Part shown: piece after piece, positions 6,618-13,878 of the stretch | How the letters are laid out: each line of letters begins with the position of its first letter | How positions within the stretch are numbered: the first letter of the stretch is position 1 | Origin: Elusimicrobiota bacterium | Lineage (GTDB): Bacteria > Elusimicrobiota > Elusimicrobia > UBA1565 | Assembly: GCA_043819795.1 (NCBI GenBank) | Contig: JBDREN010000199.1 | Location: forward strand, 1-13,878 | DNA: 13,878 bases | Direction of reading: 5' to 3' | Notes under the pieces: model-generated | Databases searched by the model: none | What the model was told of the DNA's origin: nothing | What the model saw: only the letters and a program-made list of their open reading frames with translations | Program-made: the position numbers and the translations under genes

Positions 6618-9600
6618 GGCTTTCCGGCGGGCTTTCGGCCGGGGATCTGAGCCCGAGCCGTTACTCGCTGTTCACCGGCGGCCGCTTCTTCCTTCTCACC
6701 GACTCCAGCTTCTCGTCCCGGGAGGAGGCCGTCGTCCGGCTGGAGGCTCCGGGCAGAAGGCACGCGTTCGAGGGCTACTCGGGCGTGGATATCGTGGTCT
6801 ACCGCGTCCCTCAGCCCGTGAAATTCCTCAGGAAGCAGAAGAACCTTCACCGGCCGGAGGTCAAGGGGAACTACGCCGGCGAGGGGCTGGCCAACGCGAT
6901 GAGCTACATCTGGGACAGCTGGTATAAGAAATCGAGATTGGCTTGGCAGAGGATCTTCGCCTACGGCATCCGCAAGCGGGTCATCGAAGAGTCGCCGGGC
7001 CTCAGGCAGGCGCCCCCCCATAGTTACGAGACCAGATTCGAGAACAATCCCCAGTTCGGGAAGGTCGGGGACTTCGAGCTCGTCACGCGGTTCCGCTACC
7101 CCATTTGGCACTCCAAGCCCATCGGTCCGCCCAAGGGCGTCGTTCTTGGCGGGAGCAGCAGCAACTTCATCAAGCCCAAGCAGGGCAACGTCTATATCCC
7201 CATCGGCAGGCGCGGGCCGGGGCTCTATTATGTCGAGGCCATCGTCGGCCAGTACCGGGCGAACACGCTCGTCTTCGTCTCGGATACCGTCGGGGTCACG
7301 AAGATGTCCCGGGGCCAGCAGCTGGTCTGGACCGTGGACAAGCTCACCGGCGAGCCCCGCGAGAAGACGAGGATCATTCTGAGCGACGGGGTCGGCGTCA
7401 TCAAGAGCGGGGTCACCGACCAGGCGGGCGTGCTCGTCCTGTCCAAGGAGAGCCCCGAACGCAGCTACATCATCGGGGAAGACACCGACGGCGGGATCTT
7501 CATCTCGGAGAACTTCTACTACGACAGCGAGATCTACGCGGCCAAGGTCTATTCCTTCACCGACCGCCCGCTCTACCGGCCGGGCGACGAGGTCAAGCTG
7601 AAGGTCCTTGGGCGGATGTTCGAAAGCGCGGATCGGTCGGAGCCCCTGAAGCCGGGGAAGGTCCGGGTCGTGGTCTTGGACCCGAACCGGACCCCTCTCA
7701 TCGTCAAGTCGATGGAGCTAGAGGACCCCGTCGCGGGGGGCGACACGAGCTTCCGGCTGCCGAAGTTCGCGGCGGCGGGAGGCTATTCCATCGAGCTGAC
7801 CTACGAGGGAGACGTCTACGCGGGGGCGTTCCGCGTCTCCCGCTACGCCAAGCCCCATTTTGAGATCGACATCGTCCTCGACAAATCGGAGTTCAAGACG
7901 GGCGAGCCCATCAAGGGGCGGCTCAGGCTCACGTACCCCGGTGGAGAACCCGTGCGTGACGCGCGCGTCGACTTGAACGTGCGCGCGCAGAAGCTGAGCA
8001 TGGTCGCCGGCGAGCTCAATTATCTCGGACGCTTTCCGGTGGAGCTCGTCAAGAGCGAATTCCAGGCGTCCGGACAGGGGGTCGTGGATTTCGAGCTGCC
8101 GGCCGCGCCCTCCCCGAGCCGCTATGTGCTGCGGGTACGCGGCGTGGACGGCACCTCGTATCGGGTCACGGCCACGAAGGAGATCCTCATTGAGGCGGGG
8201 ATCGCCGCCTTCGAGGTCTCCACCGATAGGAATCTGACGAAGCCCGGCAAGAAGGTCGTTTTCACCGTCGGATCCCGGACCCCGGGGACCGCCCGCGCGG
8301 AAGGGGGGCCGGAATCGTGGGAAGCGATCCGCCTGGAGGACCGCTCCACGTCCTCGGGCCCGGTGACGGACGGCAAGTGCGCCGTCGTGTTCGAGAAGTC
8401 GGGATCGTATTCGGTCCATGTGAAGGACAGCCGCGGCAATATCGTCGGTAGCGCCGACCACTGGGTGGAGGGCCCCGAGCTCAGGAGCACGCCCGGGAGC
8501 GTCTCGATCATCCTCGATAAGGAGACGTACCGGCCGGGCGACGACGCCACGGCCCTTATCACGTTCTCCGAAAAGGTCGATCACGCGCTGGTGACGATGG
8601 AGCGCGATGAGGTGGCGTCCCACGCGCTGATGCCGAAGGGGAGCGGGCGGGTCAGTTTCAAGCGCATGTCGGACCATCAGTGGAGGGCGCGCATCCCGAT
8701 TAGGAAGGAGTATAGCCCCAACATCACGATGTCGGTGGCCTACGTCTTGAACGGGCGCTACGTCTTTCAGAACAAGGGAATCCAGATCGATATCCCGTCG
8801 ATCGACATCGCTTTCCGCCCCGACAAGAAGGAGTACAAGCCCGGCGAAACGGTCCATGTCGAGGTGACGACCACGCTCGAGGGCAAGCCGCTGCCGGCGA
8901 GCGTGGCCGTGAGCGTCGTCGACGAGATGATATACGTCCTGCAGGCCGAGATCGCGCCCAACATCCTGGATTTTTTCTATCACCTGCGCCGGAACCAGGT
9001 CAAGACCTCCTCCAGCCTGGATTTCTTCACGTACGATTCGGCGAGCTGGGGCGCGGGGCCGCCGGGCTCCTCGCCCGGGGGCGATTACCATCGCAGGCGG
9101 CTGAAGCTCAGGGAGCGGCCGCGCCGGGAGGACGTGGATACCGCGCTCTGGCTGCCTTCCCTGAGGACGGACTCCTCCGGCAAGGCTCGTTTTTCGTTCA
9201 AGATGCCCGATTCCCTGACCCGGTGGCGCATCACGGGCAGGGCGGTCTCGGAGCGGGGGATCGTCGGCCAGAGGAAGGCGTACGTGGTCTCGAGGAAAGA
9301 CCACTACCTCAAATGGACGGGCCCGGTCGTGTTCAGGTACGGCGCCAAGCCCATGATCAGTATGGTGGCCTTCAATCTCACGGACGGTTCCCGGGAGCTG
9401 GAGTTCCGCGCCTCCGGGCTGGGCATGCGGGGGCGCAGGACTCTTAGTCTCCACCCGGGCGCCAACCATATCGCCCTTGGGCTGAGCGCCCGGAAATCGG
9501 GGTCGGTAAAGACGAGCCTTCATTCAAAGGGAGCGGTCATCGACGCGCTGGAGACCTCCGTCTCCTTGGTTCCTCGGCGCTGGCTGACGACGCGGACCTC

Positions 9601-11236
9601 GGAGGTCCCGCTCGCGTCGCGCAAGTCGGCGATCGACATCCCCGCGAACGCCTTCAACGTCCGGCTGAGCGTGGCCAACGGCGTGTCGCAGCTCTTCCTC
9701 GCGATGGCGGACAGGCTCATCGCGTACCCTTACGGATGCGTCGAGCAGACGGCGAGCCGGCTGATACCGCTGAGCATGGCTGTCGAACATTCCGGCGAAC
9801 TCGGGCTGTCCCCCCAAACGATGGCCCGTCTCGAGGACCTGATGGTCGATAACCGCGCGCGGCTCGTGCGGATGGCGGGCCCGGACGCCGTTTTCGGTTG
9901 GTGGGGGAACATGACGGAGGGCTCCGCCTTCATGACCGCCTACGCCTATTACGCGGACTGGAGGGTCGGCAAGGTGACCGGGCGCGAGCTGCCGGCCGAG
10001 CATTGGAGCAACCTTTTGGAAGTCTACAGCAAGGGCTCGGGGGGCGAGGATGTCTTCGGGGACGCGGTCGTTCTTTTCCTGGCCGGCGAGATGGGCCTGC
10101 CGACCCGGACCCTGCTCACCGGCGTCATGGAGCGGGCCCTGGAGTTGAGCCCTTCGGCCCTCTACCGAGGGGCCGCGCTCCACGCCGATATGCGCGACAG
10201 CTACGTGCTTTCGGGTTACAACAGCAAGTTGAGAAAAAGCCTCGGGGTCTATCTCACGAAGATCGCGATGGGGGCTCAAGGGATGGTGATCCCCCGCCGT
10301 TTCGGGATACTGGCCGGGGCCGCCCAGGCCGGCCTTGAAGAGAGCCGCCTGCCGATCGCCAGGGCCATGCTGCTTCTGGGAAAAGCCGGAGAGCGGAGCT
10401 CGGGCGGTTCGATCTCGCGGGCCATGAACTTCCTGGGAGTGTCCAGGAAGGGGCGGGGCGACGATGACCGGAGCGAGGTCCGCGAGGTGCTGTTCGATAT
10501 GGGTTCGGAGGTCCCGACCGTCGACCGGTCTTTGGGCCTGATCTTTCTTAGCAAGGCCCTCGACGTCACGCGGTCGTCGGCGAAACCCGTCAGGATCAAG
10601 CCCGGCGGGGACTGGCGCGAGGAGAAGACGGGCCTGGGCCGTTCTGGCTGGCTCTATCGCGGCAGGCTCGGCGCGAAAGCGGAAGTGGAGCTGGAGAGCG
10701 AGCCGCCCAAGGGGCTCAAGGCTCATGTCATCTACGACTCGTTCGCCTCGGAGCCCCATGCCCTGCCGCTGCGGATCAGCCGCGACCTCTATCGTCTCGA
10801 GCCGAGCGGCAATGCGCTCGAATTCCAGGCTCGGCGCGTGGGCCCGGGATGGCGGGTCGACACCTCGGATATCTACCTCGACGAGGTCAGGGTGACTCCG
10901 GGGACGGGCTCTCTGTACCGGTTCGGGGTCGTGGAGGTCCCCCTGCCCGCCGGAAGCGAGGTGGACGAATCGGCGTGGGGACTGAAGATCCGTGGACTGC
11001 CGGGGCATGCGGGGCTCTATGAGATGGAGGGGGCGAGGCATGCCCCGGGAGAGCTGCGCTATTCGATCCCCATCGAGCGGCTCGAGAAGCCCTTCGTGAT
11101 CCGGCATCTGGTCCGCTTTTCCCAGGCGGGGACGTTCCAGGTCCCGAGGGCGCGGTTCTACAGGATGTACGCGCCGCAGCAAAAGGCGTTTGCGGGAGGC
11201 AACAGTCCTGAGTTTAAGACGATCGTGGTCCGTTAG
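6551..11236 (+). CDS. yfaS: Bacterial alpha-2-macroglobulin, YfaS/MagD type (~1561 aa), with intact CVEQ thioester motif
   Basis: Signal peptide after ATG 6551, overlapping the yfaT 3' end. YfaS-type N-terminus [23 protein letters not shown]-domain motifs [22 protein letters not shown] and [12 protein letters not shown]2M signature [32 protein letters not shown]. Thioester region [16 protein letters not shown] and FGWWG. C-terminal VEVPLPAG...[24 protein letters not shown]. Confidence 0.95.
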   Translation: MATRNRQSKLCRRLSLLVSVALGLSGGLSAGDLSPSRYSLFTGGRFFLLTDSSFSSREEAVVRLEAPGRRHAFEGYSGVDIVVYRVPQPVKFLRKQKNLHRPEVKGNYAGEGLANAMSYIWDSWYKKSRLAWQRIFAYGIRKRVIEESPGLRQAPPHSYETRFENNPQFGKVGDFELVTRFRYPIWHSKPIGPPKGVVLGGSSSNFIKPKQGNVYIPIGRRGPGLYYVEAIVGQYRANTLVFVSDTVGVTKMSRGQQLVWTVDKLTGEPREKTRIILSDGVGVIKSGVTDQAGVLVLSKESPERSYIIGEDTDGGIFISENFYYDSEIYAAKVYSFTDRPLYRPGDEVKLKVLGRMFESADRSEPLKPGKVRVVVLDPNRTPLIVKSMELEDPVAGGDTSFRLPKFAAAGGYSIELTYEGDVYAGAFRVSRYAKPHFEIDIVLDKSEFKTGEPIKGRLRLTYPGGEPVRDARVDLNVRAQKLSMVAGELNYLGRFPVELVKSEFQASGQGVVDFELPAAPSPSRYVLRVRGVDGTSYRVTATKEILIEAGIAAFEVSTDRNLTKPGKKVVFTVGSRTPGTARAEGGPESWEAIRLEDRSTSSGPVTDGKCAVVFEKSGSYSVHVKDSRGNIVGSADHWVEGPELRSTPGSVSIILDKETYRPGDDATALITFSEKVDHALVTMERDEVASHALMPKGSGRVSFKRMSDHQWRARIPIRKEYSPNITMSVAYVLNGRYVFQNKGIQIDIPSIDIAFRPDKKEYKPGETVHVEVTTTLEGKPLPASVAVSVVDEMIYVLQAEIAPNILDFFYHLRRNQVKTSSSLDFFTYDSASWGAGPPGSSPGGDYHRRRLKLRERPRREDVDTALWLPSLRTDSSGKARFSFKMPDSLTRWRITGRAVSERGIVGQRKAYVVSRKDHYLKWTGPVVFRYGAKPMISMVAFNLTDGSRELEFRASGLGMRGRRTLSLHPGANHIALGLSARKSGSVKTSLHSKGAVIDALETSVSLVPRRWLTTRTSEVPLASRKSAIDIPANAFNVRLSVANGVSQLFLAMADRLIAYPYGCVEQTASRLIPLSMAVEHSGELGLSPQTMARLEDLMVDNRARLVRMAGPDAVFGWWGNMTEGSAFMTAYAYYADWRVGKVTGRELPAEHWSNLLEVYSKGSGGEDVFGDAVVLFLAGEMGLPTRTLLTGVMERALELSPSALYRGAALHADMRDSYVLSGYNSKLRKSLGVYLTKIAMGAQGMVIPRRFGILAGAAQAGLEESRLPIARAMLLLGKAGERSSGGSISRAMNFLGVSRKGRGDDDRSEVREVLFDMGSEVPTVDRSLGLIFLSKALDVTRSSAKPVRIKPGGDWREEKTGLGRSGWLYRGRLGAKAEVELESEPPKGLKAHVIYDSFASEPHALPLRISRDLYRLEPSGNALEFQARRVGPGWRVDTSDIYLDEVRVTPGTGSLYRFGVVEVPLPAGSEVDESAWGLKIRGLPGHAGLYEMEGARHAPGELRYSIPIERLEKPFVIRHLVRFSQAGTFQVPRARFYRMYAPQQKAFAGGNSPEFKTIVVR

Positions 11237-12932
11237 CCTGCTCTTGGCGGGGTGCCTGGCCGGAGTCGCGGCCGCGAGGCCCGCCGCGCCCGAGGGAGCG
11301 CTCGAGGCGGCGTTTCTGGGCCGCGGCGGGGAGGAGTACGCCTCGTTCGACGAGGCCGGCGCCGTCCTCGAAAAAGGCCCGCTGCGCGAGTCGGTCGAAA
11401 GTCCTCTCGGGAGCGTGTGGAAGCTCTTCGTCTATCTGTACCTCGTCGACAATCGTCTGAGCGGTTCGCCCTACGACTGCGGTGGCGATCACCCGGGAGA
11501 GGTGTTCTGCTGCCGGCCGGGCGAGCGCGTCGAGATGGACGAAGCCCTGGTGCGCTCGTGCGGTCTATACTTCGATCCGGTCCGGCTGGGCGTCGATCCT
11601 TCGGCCTGGAGGCGCTACTGGCGCGAGCGGCATGGGTTGGACCACTCCTGGCTGCTGGATGTCTCGGCGCTCGGGCCGGGTCTTGTCGTACGGGTGCGGG
11701 ATCTTCTTGGAGCGCTCCACCGGATCGGCGGTTCGGCGGAGGCGATGGCTGAGGCGCGGCCGGCGCTGGCGCGGGTGTTCACCGAGGGAGGAGGCAAGGG
11801 GGCGGCCAAGGACCTGGGGGGGCTGCTCAAGATCAAGACGTTCACCTGGGATCATCCGGCCAGGAAGGGAGCGCTTGTCGGCGGGTTCGCGGGGTGGCTC
11901 AACGACGGAACCGCCGTCTGGGTCTCGGGAGATGGCTCCAGCGGGGAGGTGATCGCGAAGTGGGGCGGGGTCATCGCCCGGTTCGCCGACCGGGAGCGAG
12001 CGGGTCCATCAGGACAATGCGTCATCGTCGATTTCTTCGGGCGGTATCCGATCGCGGAGGTCCTCGATCTGCCGGGGGGCGGGAAGGCCGGTCCGGGGCC
12101 GCTCGACGGGTCTTATCGAGCGGTGTTCAAGAACGGCAAGAGCCTTGATTTTAAGGCCAAGGGGGAGCTTTTTCTCGTCCAGCGGGGCTCGGAGAAAGCC
12201 GTGGTCGGCGACTTTGACGTCAACGAATACGTGGCCCGGGTCCTGGACCGGGAAGTGGAGACCGAAGTGACCGAGGCGGCGAGGGCGTTCGCCATACTGG
12301 CCCGCACCTACCTGGCGCAGAACGCCGCCGAGAAAGACGGGTGCCTTCACATCGGGGACTCGACGCGACTGCAGAGGGTGTCGGTCCGGTTCCCGTCCGA
12401 AAGGGCGCGGCGCTTGAGCCGATGGACCGATTCTCTGGTCCTCAAGGGCGTTCCCGCCGTGCGTTACCACATGACGAAGGACGCCAAGAACCTGCTTTCT
12501 TGGAGGCGGGCCAAGCGCCTCGCGGGAGACGGTTTCCACTACGACGAGATCCTGCGCTCCGCGTACCCCGGCGGCCGGATCGGGGTGATGGAACGGAAGG
12601 GAACGCGCCGGTGCGTCCGGCTCGCCGAGGCCGAGGCCTGGCTCGACGGGAGGCGGCGCGCCTGGCGCGCGCTTCTGATGTCCGAGCCCGGGTTCGAGGA
12701 ACCGGAAGAGGTGGCCGTCTGCAAGCTGACCTCGGGCGAGCCCTTCGCGGACCCTGAACGAGGCCGCATCTTCGCGCGCGCCGTCCGGACGGTCGAGGAC
12801 CGGTTGACGGTCGCGCACGAGTACCTGCATCTGGCGTTCAGGTCCCATCCGAACGGCGGCGACGAGAGGTTCATAGAGAGCACGGCGAAGAGCTTGGTCT
12901 TGGGGGAACGTTATGGGAATGGCTCGTTCTAG
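11190..12932 (+). CDS. yfaQ: YfaQ / DUF2300 family exported protein with SpoIID/LytB-like domain (MagE-like)
   Basis: Motifs SPLGSVWKLFVY.YL, EVFCC.PGE, ALVRSCGLYFDP, NEYVARVLDRE....TEAARAFAILARTYLAQNA, C..I.DST..QRV and HEYLHLAF..HP.G.DE.FIE. Lies between yfaS and yfaP and overlaps both. Start uncertain (TTG 11190, or CTG 11208 which has GGGAGG 8 nt upstream). Confidence 0.9.
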   Translation: MREATVLSLRRSWSVSLLLAGCLAGVAAARPAAPEGALEAAFLGRGGEEYASFDEAGAVLEKGPLRESVESPLGSVWKLFVYLYLVDNRLSGSPYDCGGDHPGEVFCCRPGERVEMDEALVRSCGLYFDPVRLGVDPSAWRRYWRERHGLDHSWLLDVSALGPGLVVRVRDLLGALHRIGGSAEAMAEARPALARVFTEGGGKGAAKDLGGLLKIKTFTWDHPARKGALVGGFAGWLNDGTAVWVSGDGSSGEVIAKWGGVIARFADRERAGPSGQCVIVDFFGRYPIAEVLDLPGGGKAGPGPLDGSYRAVFKNGKSLDFKAKGELFLVQRGSEKAVVGDFDVNEYVARVLDREVETEVTEAARAFAILARTYLAQNAAEKDGCLHIGDSTRLQRVSVRFPSERARRLSRWTDSLVLKGVPAVRYHMTKDAKNLLSWRRAKRLAGDGFHYDEILRSAYPGGRIGVMERKGTRRCVRLAEAEAWLDGRRRAWRALLMSEPGFEEPEEVAVCKLTSGEPFADPERGRIFARAVRTVEDRLTVAHEYLHLAFRSHPNGGDERFIESTAKSLVLGERYGNGSF

Positions 12933-13698
12933 GAACGCGCGGGTCCTGGTCCTTTCCGGAATGCTCGTCTCCGCGTCAAGCGCCGCCTGGGGCGAGGCCA
13001 TCAAGGTGGACGCTCCCCCGGGCGGGTGGCGCCATTCGAAGGGGGAGAAGATCAAGTTCTCCCAGAAAGTGAACTACCCCGCGTCGGACGTGAGCTCCCA
13101 GGCGGGGCAAAGCCGGGCGGGCCGGATCGAGGGCCGCATCAAGTCGGCGATAAAGGACCATGAGAAGCCGTACACGCTTATCGTCAACGGGATCCCCATG
13201 CCCTTGAAGGTGCGCGACGGGAGGTTCTCCAGGCCCTATTCCTTCGGTCCGGGGTCGAACAGCGTCGAGATTAGGAGTCCCGACGGCAAGGAGCGCGCCC
13301 GCACGCAGTTCTATGAGGCCTATTCCGGGGCGTCGCGGCCCAGGATCCGGGTGGTCTTGGGCTGGGACACCGACGGCACGGATCTCGATCTCCACGTCGT
13401 CACGCCGGACGGAGAGCACTGTTATTACGCCAACCGGGCCCTCGATAACGGCGGGGCGCTGGATGTCGATGTGACGACCGGCTACGGCCCCGAGATCTTC
13501 GCCGCACCGGCGCCCATAAGGGGCACGTATCTGGTTTACGTGAATTTTTACGGGTCCGGCCGCGGCGAGGACCTGACCGTCGCGAGGGTGACGATCATCA
13601 CCCACGAGAATACCGGCGACGAGAAATCCGAGACGAAGCTCATCCCGATGCGCTCCAGTGGCGAGCTCACCCTGGCCGCGACTTTCGTCTACCCCTGA
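12913..13698 (+). CDS. yfaP: YfaP / DUF2135 family exported protein (MagF-like)
   Basis: Signal peptide ending ...SASSAAWG. Motifs DAPPGGWR, FSQKVNYPAS, LIVNGIPMPL, FSRPYSFGPGSNSVE, RVVLGWDTDGTDLDLHVVTPDGEH, GGALDVDVTTGYGPEIFA and GTYLVYVNFYG. Last gene of the operon. Alternative start ATG 12919. Confidence 0.93.
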   Translation: MGMARSRNARVLVLSGMLVSASSAAWGEAIKVDAPPGGWRHSKGEKIKFSQKVNYPASDVSSQAGQSRAGRIEGRIKSAIKDHEKPYTLIVNGIPMPLKVRDGRFSRPYSFGPGSNSVEIRSPDGKERARTQFYEAYSGASRPRIRVVLGWDTDGTDLDLHVVTPDGEHCYYANRALDNGGALDVDVTTGYGPEIFAAPAPIRGTYLVYVNFYGSGRGEDLTVARVTIITHENTGDEKSETKLIPMRSSGELTLAATFVYP

Positions 13699-13720
13699 AC
13701 CTCCCCGGGAGCCCGGACGT

Positions 13721-13740
13721 CCCGGCCATAGGATGCCGGG
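13721..13740 (+). terminator. GC hairpin downstream of yfaP (possible operon end)
   Basis: cccggc (13721-13726) / gccggg (13735-13740), 22 bp after the yfaP stop. No U-tract. Confidence 0.25.
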
Positions 13741-13878
13741 CGCATGACCCGTATCTCGGGATTTCCCCCGGGTTGGCAAATCGCGGTGAATGACGTCTAT
13801 CGGGTGGGGCGGGCCGACTCTGGGCGCCGGCTGGTCGCGGCCTGGGACGATGCAGGGCTCACGGCGCCTCCTTCTTAC

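Noticed and set aside
6551..6640. Twin-arginine (Tat) signal or lipobox in the macroglobulin leader (LCRRLSLL)
   Set aside because: Poor match to S/T-R-R-x-F-L-K, and the Cys precedes the hydrophobic region so it is not a lipobox. An ordinary Sec signal is more likely.
4645..13779. Long minus-strand ORFs (4645..5874, 7718..9523, 9524..11182, 12009..13055, 12976..13779)
   Set aside because: Antisense shadows of the well-supported yfa genes, with no domain motifs or ribosome-binding sites.
13744..13878. + strand frame open from ATG 13744 to the window edge (MTRISGFPPGWQ...)
   Set aside because: Only 45 codons are visible, with no SD, weak codon bias and no motif. It cannot be supported without downstream sequence.

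Overview
GC-rich bacterial DNA with no RNA gene, CRISPR array or mobile element that I can recognise. Left part: (i) the 3' part of a large secreted or surface protein gene (PKD domain, Cys/Asp-rich thrombospondin type 3-like repeats, a ZU5-like domain ending in an HFS motif, and a small Cys-rich C-terminal domain), probably carrying a 1-bp deletion near its end; (ii) a convergent gene for a 151-aa Lys-rich helical protein with a 31-aa internal repeat; (iii) divergent from it, a ~556-aa uncharacterised protein with GNAT acetyltransferase-like motifs. Right part (4255-13698): a complete five-gene yfaA-yfaT-yfaS-yfaQ-yfaP operon (the YfaS/MagD 'type II' bacterial alpha-2-macroglobulin locus) with a good sigma70 promoter. 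The most notable point is that this YfaS-type macroglobulin keeps an intact thioester motif (YPYG-CVEQ). The model members (E. coli YfaS, P. aeruginosa MagD) lack this motif, and it is normally associated with pbpC-linked YfhM-type proteins. YfaQ here reads as a PBP-like (SxxK) + SpoIID-like + HExxH fusion, and YfaT has an intact NlpC/P60 Cys-His-His triad. All family calls come from recognising motifs by eye; no database searches were run.
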